Shown here piece by piece: positions 28,338 through 38,885 of a DNA stretch of 64,000 nt (the stretch's first letter is position 1; each line of letters starts with the position of its first letter). A program made the position numbers and the translations under genes. A model generated the notes under the pieces. The model made no database searches. It saw only the letters and a program-made list of their open reading frames with translations, and was not told where the DNA came from. The DNA comes from a virus, in the IMG/VR virus record IMGVR_UViG_3300028283_000495. The stretch is one strand, 5' to 3'.

Positions 28338-28677
28338 ATGGTATTCAATTTTTTGGATATTACTGAGAGAACTCTTTTAATATTTTCTTCTTGATCAACT
28401 TTCTTAATATTTGCTATATGATCGAAATCTAAATCAAGAATTTTCGAAATTTCTCTACCTGTTCTTAACGAGAAATCTTTTCTATTTGTTTTAATAGATG
28501 AATATTTTAAATCTGAACATCTCCATAAAACTAATCCGAAATCAACGTCTTTGAATCTTTATTGCCATTCCAACTATCACAGAGTCCGGTGACATGTAAC
28601 ATGTTTGTTACTGAGTTGTAATCTCCCCTCATTCCTGTGTTTAGAACTATTTTAATTCCACCTAATATTGTAGCCAT
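28334..28677 (-). pseudogene. hypothetical gene with apparent single-base frameshift
   Basis: MATILGG...GNKDSKTLISD*; the shifted frame RFKDVDFG...KLNTI* runs about 75 codons to abut the convergent stop. Confidence 0.45.
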
Positions 28678-28761
28678 TTTTTTTTATTTTTTAAATTTTT
28701 ACAAATATACTAAAATTATTTAAATTAAAAAACTTAATTCATCATTTTAATATATAGGATT

Positions 28762-29430
28762 ATGATAAAAGTATTTGAACAGTTTAATGAAAATGATCCT
28801 TATGGCGAAGAAAATTGGGATATTCCAATAACTTTGGATAATTATTTAGAAATTATTAGAAATAATATAGATGGAGATGCTACAATAAAAGAAACGAGAA
28901 TAGGATTGCATTTTGTAGAATTTGATATAATGAATAATCTTCCTAATAATATTAAAAAGAAACTAACTTTTCATTTACATCATATTGGTGGAGGTATATT
29001 TGGATTATTATTAATAAACGACAATAGTGAAATAAATTTAGATCCAATTGGACCAGATGATATTTTTAGTGATTTAGATGAAAAGATTGATAAATTGATC
29101 CACTGTTTTTTTTATGAACCAAGTGACCCTTTCAAAGTAAAAAAAATATTTGAACAATTTAATGAGAATGATCCTTATAATGAAGAAGAATGGGGAGATA
29201 ATGAAGAATTTGAGAAAGATGATTTATTAATAGCTAAAAAAAGTCAATTCAAAAGAAGAAAGTCTGGTATAGTTGAACGTATTGTTCAAGGTGAAATATA
29301 TAGAGTAAGAAATGTTATTTATGCTGGCGGTTCAGGAACAAAATATCATACTATAATCGTCCCAGGTATCCTTACTCCAGTTGCCGTTTTTGGTATTGAA
29401 CAAATGAAAGAATTTTTTGAAAAAAAGTAA
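28762..29430 (+). CDS. two-module protein with duplicated targeting-like header
   Basis: MIKVFEQFNENDPYGEENW and internal VKKIFEQFNENDPYNEEEW. Confidence 0.75.
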   Translation: MIKVFEQFNENDPYGEENWDIPITLDNYLEIIRNNIDGDATIKETRIGLHFVEFDIMNNLPNNIKKKLTFHLHHIGGGIFGLLLINDNSEINLDPIGPDDIFSDLDEKIDKLIHCFFYEPSDPFKVKKIFEQFNENDPYNEEEWGDNEEFEKDDLLIAKKSQFKRRKSGIVERIVQGEIYRVRNVIYAGGSGTKYHTIIVPGILTPVAVFGIEQMKEFFEKK

Positions 29431-29438
29431 AATAAAAT

Positions 29439-29720
29439 ATGGCATCAGTAAAAGAATGTTTAAGAAGATTAACAGAGCAGAATATAGATATGAGCGTTAA
29501 TAAGCACGTTAAATACCTTATAGAAAACGTAGAAGAACCACAACTTCTATTTAAATTATCTTCTCACTCTGGTATAAAGATAGATAATAATATAATTAAT
29601 CTATGGTACAATCCAGGTGTGGGTTTCCAATGTGATAATATGTTCAGAGAACGTTACGGAAGATTACCTCTTTGTAATTATATTGAAAGGTTCCTTAACG
29701 AAGAAATAAGAAAACTTTAA
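29439..29720 (+). CDS. hypothetical protein
   Basis: ORF in operon. Confidence 0.55.
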   Translation: MASVKECLRRLTEQNIDMSVNKHVKYLIENVEEPQLLFKLSSHSGIKIDNNIINLWYNPGVGFQCDNMFRERYGRLPLCNYIERFLNEEIRKL

Positions 29721-29787
29721 CCTCCTCTTTATTAATATATAGGAAGAAAACAGGTTAAATTTGTCCCCAATATTCAAGTGTGTTTTA

Positions 29788-30056
29788 ATGAGTGGTTCAA
29801 CTGTTCTTCATTTAACTGAAATGGAGGAAGTTACTACTGGTAAAACTGCTGTAGAGCATAATGTTTATTTAACAGATCCAAGTATAGTATATACTGAATG
29901 TGCAGACACAGGTCCTTATTTTGCGTCAACTGGAGTAAAGCAGTTATAACAAACACTGCAGATCCGTTGAATAATTGGCAATTATTCAACGGACTAGACT
30001 CAAATGGTTATCCCACAGCAACTTGGCCAGTTACTCCTATTTATAGTATTCCTTAA
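29788..30056 (+). pseudogene. hypothetical gene with apparent single-base frameshift near 29928
   Basis: MSGSTVLH...PYFAS then -1 frame NWSKAVITNTADP...PIYSIP*, ending against the convergent stop. Confidence 0.45.
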
Positions 30057-30784
30057 CCTCTTGTTGAGGTTGTATTTATTGCTTCACGTGTGTCCCACCA
30101 GTTAGGTTCATCTGGTGGCATTTCCCTGGAAACTTCAACTGGTTCTTCTATCACTTGATCCCCCATGTCTTCAATCTCTCGTGTATCGTAACCAACAGTA
30201 TCATATCTTTGGGATACTTTCAATTTGGCTTCAGCGTATGGGTTTTTTGAAGACTTCTTTGGTTTATCCTGTTCAAATCCCTTAAAATCCTTGAATTTTT
30301 CCCTGAATTCTGAAAATTCGTTTTCAAATACGTCAATAGGAATCTGGTGAGTTAAGTCAGGATAAAGTTTAATTTGTGCGTCTTCATATTTAAAATCTTT
30401 CAACATTTTGATACACCTCTTAACATCTACTTCTTCGTCTTTCACGGAAAAAATAAACTGTTTCTGGTAATCATCATTGTTAGTGGAATTACTATTGGGT
30501 TTAAGTTCTCCACCACTTTTCGAGAAAAAAGCTGGATTAATCAATAAGGCTGGACAACGAACAATATTGGAGATATGAAATCCCAAATATCCACCAAGAG
30601 AAGTACCTACTATTAAAGTAGGATTGTTACTACCAAATAATTCGTTGGCATAGGAACTAATCAAGTTTCTGTGATTAGTATAATCGATATCGGGGAAATA
30701 TACTTCGTCACCAAACTTTGAAAGTATTTTATACTTGGCGTCGTTAAAATGTCCACCCCAACCGTGAAAATAAGCTATTCTCAT
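30053..30784 (-). CDS. YqiA/UPF0227-like alpha/beta hydrolase (esterase)
   Basis: YFHGWG, nucleophile elbow GTSLGG, LLINPA, H near LTHQ. Confidence 0.85.
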   Translation of the reverse strand: MRIAYFHGWGGHFNDAKYKILSKFGDEVYFPDIDYTNHRNLISSYANELFGSNNPTLIVGTSLGGYLGFHISNIVRCPALLINPAFFSKSGGELKPNSNSTNNDDYQKQFIFSVKDEEVDVKRCIKMLKDFKYEDAQIKLYPDLTHQIPIDVFENEFSEFREKFKDFKGFEQDKPKKSSKNPYAEAKLKVSQRYDTVGYDTREIEDMGDQVIEEPVEVSREMPPDEPNWWDTREAINTTSTRG

Positions 30785-30793
30785 ATTGTGTTT

Positions 30794-31048
30794 TTAAATT
30801 TTATTAAGGATTGAATCTACTGTACCTAAATCGTAATCTGAAAGAGAGTTAAACCAATCATCTTCACAATCATCAAGAGACACTCCGCATTTCTTATCTG
30901 ACCTTCCGTTCTTTAACAGAGGGTAAACCATTTTAGTTTTCGAATCGATTGAACAACCAACAGAATTTAATTTGTAAACCATATCTTTTTGTTTTAAACT
31001 GTTAATATCGGACGAGTTACCGAGTGCTTCTCTGGGGAGGGCTCTCAC
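30794..31048 (-). CDS. hypothetical protein (start uncertain, possibly MVYKL)
   Basis: ORF; the GTG-start 5' portion overlaps a GC-rich structured segment. Confidence 0.5.
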   Translation of the reverse strand: MRALPREALGNSSDINSLKQKDMVYKLNSVGCSIDSKTKMVYPLLKNGRSDKKCGVSLDDCEDDWFNSLSDYDLGTVDSILNKI

Positions 31049-31072
31049 CCCTATCGTTACAACGTCATATTT

Positions 31073-31246
31073 TTAGAAAACAACTTTTTTGTTATCTTTT
31101 CTGTTATAAGCTTTCTTGTTTTTGAAAACTTTGTGGGTTGCAACAAAACCATTACCTAACCCCATTTCTCTATCGGCAATTTTCACGGCTTTGATGTAAT
31201 CCATTACACCGAAGGTGACTTTGTTGGTATTTTTAGTGTTTTTCAT
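31073..31246 (-). CDS. 57-aa basic protein (not in track)
   Basis: MKNTKNTNKVTFGVMDYIKAVKIADREMGLGNGFVATHKVFKNKKAYNRKDNKKVVF. Confidence 0.6.
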   Translation of the reverse strand: MKNTKNTNKVTFGVMDYIKAVKIADREMGLGNGFVATHKVFKNKKAYNRKDNKKVVF

Positions 31247-31290
31247 TGTCGTAAGTTTTTTAATAGGGTTATTGTCTTAATTTGATAACA

Positions 31291-31298
31291 CAAAGATA
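31291..31298 (-). promoter_or_regulatory. TAnnTTTG promoter element
   Basis: TATCTTTG followed by TGTTATCAAATTA, as at 11885-11905. Confidence 0.6.
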
Positions 31299-31401
31299 CG
31301 ACAATCCCGTTAGATAAAAAAATAATTTGAAAAATTTTCAAACTTTTTATTTCACCGTAATCCCTTATATATATGAAAAATTTATTTGTTTTTTTCTATT
31401 T

Positions 31402-32469
31402 TTATCTCGCCCACCTTGGCGTTCCAATAGGTCCCTCCTTTGGTTTAGATTTAGGCTTCTTACCCTTTTCTGATATAGTATGAACTTTATACATCAGATC
31501 ATTTAACTCTTCTATCGACGTTGCTTTCTTACAATCTTCGTAAGCGTCATAAACCTCAGCAAACCTGTCTTCCCAGTCTATTGAATTAGGCATTTCCCTT
31601 ATCATGCCTTTAATTGCATCCAATGTGTATCTCCTGTAATCCTCTAAATCATTAGCCACAAGAAGTTCATGACTCTTTGGTTTCTCTTCAATAATTTTAT
31701 TAAAATCTATTAAATCATTAATACTTGGTCGAGTGAGGAACGGTGATTCAAATTTTCTGCCTAGATATTTCTTATTTAATTTTTGAATAAGAGCAATAAG
31801 TGCTGGATATTCTTTTAGAGATATACTTCTGATTACTGTTGTATTATGTGATATATTGCCAGTTTTATTTTCAGTTTTGAGTAGCACTCTAAGTATATTA
31901 TCTTCTTTAATCTCTGATTCGTCGCAAGATCTAACAGAAAAAACCATCCCTTTAAGTTTTGTTAAAGCGTGTTTACAAATGAAAGTAGCAACGTGCTTAT
32001 CATGATAAGTATCTTCCCAGTTTAACTTACCTTCTTCTGTATGTTTAGTGAGCAGGGACAAGAGTTTCAGATTTTTTAATTTCTCTGAACGTTCTTTGCC
32101 TTCTGCGTCGTTTGTAAAAAATTCGTTCAAAACGCTTTCATTTAAATACTTAACATCTCCATCTCTGTGTTTTTTATTAAGAGCGTCAATGAGATCGTAA
32201 AGTAAAGGTTGAGTTCTAATTGTTAAAAGTGATACTAATGTTTCTAATTTGTTTTCACCAGTGGGGCCAAATGTTATAGATAAATCAGATTGATACTTCT
32301 CTCTTTTTGATGTTACTGTGAATATAAGATTCTTTTTATCTGTGACTTTTTTAATGTATTTGAAAACTAATTTATCACTAGTCTCAATAGTATTCCACCA
32401 CCTAATCTCTCTCGATTCAGTCTTTAATAGTAACTCTCTTACAACCTGTCTAGTATTTTCAATTGGCAT
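31402..32469 (-). CDS. hypothetical protein with two copies of an L-x3-T-x3-K-L/I-x-W domain
   Basis: LLKTESREIRW and LTKHTEEGKLNW; related to 49585 and 50430 proteins. Confidence 0.7.
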   Translation of the reverse strand: MPIENTRQVVRELLLKTESREIRWWNTIETSDKLVFKYIKKVTDKKNLIFTVTSKREKYQSDLSITFGPTGENKLETLVSLLTIRTQPLLYDLIDALNKKHRDGDVKYLNESVLNEFFTNDAEGKERSEKLKNLKLLSLLTKHTEEGKLNWEDTYHDKHVATFICKHALTKLKGMVFSVRSCDESEIKEDNILRVLLKTENKTGNISHNTTVIRSISLKEYPALIALIQKLNKKYLGRKFESPFLTRPSINDLIDFNKIIEEKPKSHELLVANDLEDYRRYTLDAIKGMIREMPNSIDWEDRFAEVYDAYEDCKKATSIEELNDLMYKVHTISEKGKKPKSKPKEGPIGTPRWAR

Positions 32470-32519
32470 AGCAAAGATATATGTGAACTATTTTTCAATT
32501 ATATATTAAAATATAATAT

Positions 32520-33734
32520 TCAAATATCAACTTTCATAGACTCATCTATTGATGACGCCTCCAGTTGTTTTTGTTTATAGACCGATTGCATTCCACAACC
32601 AGTCTCAAGTTCTTTTAAGAAATATTGATAACCTATATTTCTTATATTTATTGATGCGTTATAATCTCTATCATGTTTCGTTCCACACCTAGGACATAAC
32701 CATTCTCTAATATCAAGAGTTAAATTTTGATTTATCCATCCACATTTCGAACACATTTTACTACTTGGGAACCATCTATTTATATAAACTATATTTCTCC
32801 CATACCATTTAGCTTTATATTCCAAGAAATTAGTAAATTTACTCCAAGAAACATCTGAAATCGATTGCGCCAATTTATGATTTTTCATAATCCCTTCCAC
32901 ATTAAGATCTTCAAGACATATAACTTGGTTTTCGTTAATAAGTCTTATAGACAATTGATGTAGAAAATTTAATCTCTTGTTCTTTATTTTTTCATGTAAA
33001 GATACAAAATTTAATCTTTTATTATAATATTTTTTAGATTTTTTATTTTTTATTTTTGATAATTTTTTTTGTCTATATTTTATTTTTTTTAAACTTTTTT
33101 TGAGAAATTTAGGGTTTTCAATTATTTGTTTATCAGATATCACTGCAAAATTTTTAACTCCTAAATCTATCCCTATCACATTATTATTTTTTATTAATTC
33201 ATTTATAAATACTTTCATATTTAGTGATATAAACCATTTTCCATTTGAATTTTTAGATATGTTTAAAGATATTATATCGCCTTCAATTTTTCTATGGGGG
33301 TTGAATCTAATACCATCCTTAAACTTAGGAAAAGATATCTTATTTTCTTGAACTTTTATAGATATGTATCCATTCACGCTTTGTTGAGGAGATTTAAAAG
33401 ACCCCCCATTTTTTTTAGATTTAAATTTAGGAAAACGATTTTGCTTTCTGAAAAATCGGAGATATGCTGCGTCTAAATTTTTTAAAGACCATTGTATTGA
33501 TTGACTATTTACTTCATTTAGCCAATCGTATCTCTCATCTTTTTTCAATTCTGTTAACATTTTCGATGTTTGAATATATGAAATGTTATCTTTTGAACTT
33601 AAATATCTGTCTTTTTTAAGATTTAAAAAATAATTATATATGAATCTAACACACCCTATATGTTTATTCAGAACAATTTCTTGTTCTTTAGTTGGATATA
33701 ATCTAAATTTATAAGATTTTATAATCTCTTTCAT
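32520..33734 (-). mobile_element. tnpB: solo IS200/IS605-family TnpB RNA-guided nuclease (no tnpA in window)
   Basis: KSYKFRLYPTKEQ HTH, RuvC I GIDLG, RuvC II LEDL, SSKMCSKCG...CPRCG zinc finger, RuvC III HDRDYNASINI; likely start MKEII at 33734. Confidence 0.95.
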
Positions 33735-33758
33735 TGAAAATATCTTAATCTTTATTAT

Positions 33759-33782
33759 TATATATAATAATAAAAAAGTCAT
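33759..33782 (-). promoter_or_regulatory. ATGAC-N13-TATATA motif upstream of tnpB
   Basis: ATGAC TTTTTTATTATTA TATATA. Confidence 0.6.
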
Positions 33783-33818
33783 TTTTATCCATTTAGAATA
33801 AAAAAGTAAAAATAATTG

Positions 33819-36800
33819 TTAGTATTTTATTATATAAAATCTTCCATCCGCTATTATATAATAACCATAATTATCAGTCACGTATCTATAATTTACACCA
33901 GAGAAATTATTATTAATCAATATGAAATTCCTACCTTCATTGTAATTAAACAACTTGTTATTAGTATAACCTAAACCAAACTCGTTAAACGATTGAGTTT
34001 CAATATACATATAAGGATCAATATTCATATCTACGTTAAAACTATAAGATAACATATCAGTCTTATATAAATCAATATATTGCACTGGTTCCAACTCTTG
34101 TGTAGATTCATTTAAATGGAAAGTCTTAATCTTTGCTGTCCAAGATTCTGGCATTGTTGACCCACTTGTTAGATAGAAATTAATAGTAAATAAATAATTA
34201 CTGTCTATATTCAATGTCTGTATGTAATCAAAATTAATAACTGTATTTTCTTGATTAACAACAATCTTCTTAGCGTAATTGGCTGCGTTATAATTAACGT
34301 ACATTGAAGTACCAGCGTAAGCTAAACCTGTTATATCTAAAATATTGGCAGATAACGGTATAATGTGTTTTCTTAACCAATATACCATTTTAGTCAATTT
34401 TATTTGAACTTCCGCCAAAGAATACATATCAATATAATTTCCATCAAAATCAGTAATCTTGTAAGTTAAGTTAAATAAATTAGTCTTTAGATAATTAACG
34501 TTATCAAACTCTGGCTCACTCCATCCTGGTATTTCGTTTACAAAAATATCCTGTATGAGAACTCTTTGTAATTTACCGTAAAGAGGTGAAGCTGGTTTAA
34601 TACATCTATAATATTCGTACAGATCTAAATCGTTATAACCAAAGAAATTAATAGAGTTGATAAGAGCCTTGTAAGATCCTATGAAATTATAAATCTCTGG
34701 ATACATTGATAATAACTCTTTTCTTTTTCTGTTTAAAATAGTATAATCAATGCCTACTTCGTTAATATCAGATTCTTTGAATATAGGTTGAACGTCAGTA
34801 TCAATGTTAGCACCAAGAAGTTTTAAATGTTGCACAAATCTATCGTCTTCTATTTCAGTTTGTCCGTATAAGTTTATTGTTGCAATTCTATCTGGTTCTG
34901 TTTTAATTGTGAAATCATATGTTTTACCACTGGCTGAACTATCAAAAGGTAATAATATATCAGATACAGTTATTCTATTATTTGTAACATCAGTAACTAC
35001 GTAAGTACCGTAATTACCAAATATAGTATGACCAGTAACGGTGTTCTCTGAGAAATTAAGTGATATATGTTGATGTGTTGCAAATCCTAAATTTGAAAAA
35101 TTAAAATAAGTATCAGATGTAATATAATCAATATAAGATACCATATCTGATGTATCACCTGTGGTTATAGTAAAATTATTTATAAGAGTTGTAGTGCCAG
35201 TGACGTTGCTTGTAGTTCCTGAAAATACTATATTTTCAATTTTTTCAAGTATTAAATTATTTTGGGTCACTCCTTCTAGTTTTGAGTTGAAACCAATAAA
35301 TACCTGTAAAGGAACTGGAACGTAATTATAATTAACTGATGAATTAAGACGTTCTAGTGTATATGTTAAACTATCAAATACAGTTTGTTGAAACTCTGGA
35401 TCACTAACTCTATCTATATTAGTATTTGGATCAGTATTTAAGAAAACAAGATTATTAGTTGTACTGTTCCATAAAGGTTTTTGTCCTTGATAAGTTAATT
35501 CTCCATTTGGTTGTAATTGTGTGCCAGAATAGTCGTAATAGAATATATCTGGTGATACCTGTGGTGTGTTACCTTCGATCGGATCCCAAGAGAATTTATA
35601 ATAAACATCCCTGTCGTAATATCCACGAGGGGATCTTAAGAAACTACTTATTGAAACTGTTAAATTACTAGCGTACTCGTAAAAGAAAGGTCCTTGATAA
35701 GATAATTGAATTATATCAGGAGTTATCCTTAATATGTTAAACTGTTTATTATTCAAAGTGTGTGTACATCCACATATATCAATAATCATACCCGTCGCCA
35801 ACTCGTAATTGTAAAGACTGTTATTAGTATTAACAAGATATAATTCACTACTGTCTATTACAATAGAATGGTTATTAATTCTTTGTATAAAGGCGTAATG
35901 TGAATATGAATTAATTTTCACCTCAACGTCGTAAAGGGTTATATTTGGTTGTTGTCCCTCTATAAACATAGTATAACCAGTATGACCCCCACTATATGTA
36001 TAACCACTATAAACACTAATTCCTTTATTATCAAGTATTTGATAATATTTATTAATAAAACTATTAATCGTGTTTAAAGTAAAATTAGATTTATTGTTAA
36101 TTGACCATGTGCAATAATTTCCAATGCCTGTACTGACTAAAGATGATATAACGAAAGCTCCGCTATTAAAATCATAAGATATAACAGTTGCTGTGAACTT
36201 ATTATAAGTATCATGTACCACGTCAATTTCTTGCCCTGATACATAAGATAAAGATGTTCCACCTGTTAGATATATCGTTGTACCACTTGTTGTTGGTATA
36301 TTTATACAGGTATTAGATGTTGTTGTGTTGTAGCTCAGAGGTATATAATAATCTATACCGTTAAGATTGATATTAAAACCGTAACCACTTGAATCTCTTT
36401 GTATATCAAAATATATTTCAGTTAAGAAATTTTTGGCTAGTTTTGCGTCTTCGTAGTGGAAGACTTTTTCATAGGCTTTAAATTTCTCGTACATACTGAA
36501 ATAGAATACATCAGAGTCTTGTACAGTTGAAGCTGTTGTTAAATAAGTGAATCCTGTGGCAACTGGTAAATATGTTGAGCCGATATTTGCTGTAGCTCCA
36601 CTATAATAAGGTTGATAATTATAATCAAGTCCGTCAAAAACTAAATAGTTATCGTTACCGTAATGATAATGATAAAGATTTAAACCATATCTATCTAAAA
36701 GAGTTCTGTATTTATTTCTCATTGAAGATATAGTGTTCTCGTAGAAATAAGTAGATGTGCCAGAAGGCACAATGTCTTGTGTTAATGTTATGAGGTTACT

Positions 36801-38108
36801 TGTTGAGTAACAGACTGTATAACCACTAAATGTAGTTGGAGGAAGTACTGCAGATTGTTGGCAGTATAGTTTCCTTATTTTCTTTTTATTAATAACTTTA
36901 TTTATAGTGTAGGTATAACCAGTTTCAGGAATAATATATTCCCTAACTTGTATTTTATTATCAGTTACGTTTAAAACCTGAAATTGACGTTTATCATGCA
37001 AAGTTCCTCCTGTAACATAAGGTGTAGCTAGTACTTCAATATAATCGTTATAAGTTAATCCAGTATATGTTATCGCAGAACATGTTTGTATGGTATTTAT
37101 ATCTTGATTTAAATAAAAATTAACAGTATCTACTGCAACTAGTTCTCTATCAATGAATCCTGTAATAGTAAAGGTTGGATCGTTAGCGTCGATTGGGCTA
37201 CCGTCTGCTTTTTCGAATATAATAGTTTGACCAGTTGAAACAAAATCAATATTTGTATTGATATAATTATAAAATTCAATTATGGTACCAGTTGGAGTAT
37301 AATCTGTATATGTTATTTTAATGTCGCCTTCGTAAAGCTCTGGTCTTTGGGTCATTAAAAGAAAATCTAATTCTATTGTTGATCCAGTGACGTAAGTTGG
37401 GTTTTGTGGCAACGTAAAGTCGTAGACTTTTGTTTTCAATATATTATAATCGTCGTAAGTATAGACCCCGTCGTTATATGAACTACCAGCCACGCTAACT
37501 TTTTTACCTCTATAATAGTTTAGGTTATTCATATCCACCAGTCCTTGGTGTCCGTAGTCTGGTGATTTAAAAACATTCACAGAAGAAACTGTACCTCCAG
37601 AAAAAACAAAATTAAAATCTCTGTTATTAGTATAAGTAGTTATAAGAAAAGCACCTTTTTTAGTACCAAGCACGTTGTAGTAGGTAGTGCCGCTACCGTG
37701 AAAATTATTAAGATTTATATTTGTTGAACCTGTAATATCGTTAAAACAAACTGATGTACCAACTGGAAATTTTCTATCAAAATTATCACCGTAAATCCAT
37801 TTAGAATAAAAAAGTGGACTACTATTAACCTTTTGTATATTTGTAATTGTCTGACCTGTATATGTTTGAGGAACGAAAGTTATACCGCTATAATTAAAGA
37901 GTTGGGACGCTCTAAGGTCGAATATATCTGTAAAGCTGTAGGCTGGTACGTTTTCGAATACGTATAAGCAAACTGTTCTAAATGTGTCGCTAGAGTTTTC
38001 GTCGAAATAAAGTTTTCCTCCCCATTCGTCGTTTGTTGCGTTATATGTTAAATTATATGGATAACCTTCTTTATCGAAGAATAAAAGTTTATTAGTTGGT
38101 GTGCTCAA
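33819..38108 (-). CDS. large virion structural protein, probably baseplate wedge-like
   Basis: 1429 aa, Thr/Ser/Gly/Tyr-rich beta character, GSYKALINSINFFGY block, adjacent to fibre genes, AATATATA upstream. Confidence 0.55.
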   Translation of the reverse strand: MSTPTNKLLFFDKEGYPYNLTYNATNDEWGGKLYFDENSSDTFRTVCLYVFENVPAYSFTDIFDLRASQLFNYSGITFVPQTYTGQTITNIQKVNSSPLFYSKWIYGDNFDRKFPVGTSVCFNDITGSTNINLNNFHGSGTTYYNVLGTKKGAFLITTYTNNRDFNFVFSGGTVSSVNVFKSPDYGHQGLVDMNNLNYYRGKKVSVAGSSYNDGVYTYDDYNILKTKVYDFTLPQNPTYVTGSTIELDFLLMTQRPELYEGDIKITYTDYTPTGTIIEFYNYINTNIDFVSTGQTIIFEKADGSPIDANDPTFTITGFIDRELVAVDTVNFYLNQDINTIQTCSAITYTGLTYNDYIEVLATPYVTGGTLHDKRQFQVLNVTDNKIQVREYIIPETGYTYTINKVINKKKIRKLYCQQSAVLPPTTFSGYTVCYSTSNLITLTQDIVPSGTSTYFYENTISSMRNKYRTLLDRYGLNLYHYHYGNDNYLVFDGLDYNYQPYYSGATANIGSTYLPVATGFTYLTTASTVQDSDVFYFSMYEKFKAYEKVFHYEDAKLAKNFLTEIYFDIQRDSSGYGFNINLNGIDYYIPLSYNTTTSNTCINIPTTSGTTIYLTGGTSLSYVSGQEIDVVHDTYNKFTATVISYDFNSGAFVISSLVSTGIGNYCTWSINNKSNFTLNTINSFINKYYQILDNKGISVYSGYTYSGGHTGYTMFIEGQQPNITLYDVEVKINSYSHYAFIQRINNHSIVIDSSELYLVNTNNSLYNYELATGMIIDICGCTHTLNNKQFNILRITPDIIQLSYQGPFFYEYASNLTVSISSFLRSPRGYYDRDVYYKFSWDPIEGNTPQVSPDIFYYDYSGTQLQPNGELTYQGQKPLWNSTTNNLVFLNTDPNTNIDRVSDPEFQQTVFDSLTYTLERLNSSVNYNYVPVPLQVFIGFNSKLEGVTQNNLILEKIENIVFSGTTSNVTGTTTLINNFTITTGDTSDMVSYIDYITSDTYFNFSNLGFATHQHISLNFSENTVTGHTIFGNYGTYVVTDVTNNRITVSDILLPFDSSASGKTYDFTIKTEPDRIATINLYGQTEIEDDRFVQHLKLLGANIDTDVQPIFKESDINEVGIDYTILNRKRKELLSMYPEIYNFIGSYKALINSINFFGYNDLDLYEYYRCIKPASPLYGKLQRVLIQDIFVNEIPGWSEPEFDNVNYLKTNLFNLTYKITDFDGNYIDMYSLAEVQIKLTKMVYWLRKHIIPLSANILDITGLAYAGTSMYVNYNAANYAKKIVVNQENTVINFDYIQTLNIDSNYLFTINFYLTSGSTMPESWTAKIKTFHLNESTQELEPVQYIDLYKTDMLSYSFNVDMNIDPYMYIETQSFNEFGLGYTNNKLFNYNEGRNFILINNNFSGVNYRYVTDNYGYYIIADGRFYIIKY

Positions 38109-38154
38109 TTCTTATTTCTTTTTATTTTTATATATTAAATAAGCGGTGTTCAAG

Positions 38155-38871
38155 TTATAATATTTGATTACACTCCACTAATAAACCGTAAACGTAAACA
38201 AACTCCCATGTTCCATCTGCTACCTGAGCAATACTTGGAGATAATAAAGCGTCCATTATAAATGTACCTGTCCAACCATATGTCCCTTCACCGCTACTAC
38301 CACTTGTTCCAGTTCCTCCCCCACTTGTGCCACTGACTGTACTCACACCACTTGTTCCATATGGTCCTGTGTAACCACAATCCCCAGATGTACCACTTGT
38401 ACCGGGCATACCTCTTACACCACTTGATCCTGTTGTACCACTAGTTCCAGTAGTTCCAGCAGTTCCACTAAAAACACCACTAGTTCCAGATTCACCTGTT
38501 GTTCCTGATGTACCGTTTGTTCCTGACACACCAGCTGTCCCATCCTTTCCACTTGTGCCGCTACTACCTGATCTATTACTTGTACCGTCTTTTCCACTAC
38601 TACCACTATTATTAGATGGTGATATTCCACTTGATCCACTTAGTCCTGCTGTTCCTGATGAACCAGATACTCCACTATACCCGCTTGTTCCTGAATCCCC
38701 TGTTGCTCCTTTACTACCTATTCCTGAAGTGCCAGTAAATGTAATATCAGTAGTTCCAGACGCGGTTAAAAATGGGGTTCCGCCAGAATTACTATAACCT
38801 AATAATATCCAACCTTCTCTTGGCGGATCTTGTTCGTTAAAATCAACTATTTCTAAATTTAAGATACTCAT
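38155..38871 (-). CDS. (G-T/S-S/T)n collagen-like fibre protein
   Basis: Long Gly-X-Y run; N- and C-termini paralogous to 38886..39635. Confidence 0.75.
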   Translation of the reverse strand: MSILNLEIVDFNEQDPPREGWILLGYSNSGGTPFLTASGTTDITFTGTSGIGSKGATGDSGTSGYSGVSGSSGTAGLSGSSGISPSNNSGSSGKDGTSNRSGSSGTSGKDGTAGVSGTNGTSGTTGESGTSGVFSGTAGTTGTSGTTGSSGVRGMPGTSGTSGDCGYTGPYGTSGVSTVSGTSGGGTGTSGSSGEGTYGWTGTFIMDALLSPSIAQVADGTWEFVYVYGLLVECNQIL

Positions 38872-38885
38872 TAAATATTATTATT

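Noticed and set aside
32520-33782. Cas12/Cas14 effector or complete IS605 element
   Set aside because: Size and motifs are typical TnpB; no CRISPR array or tnpA in the window.
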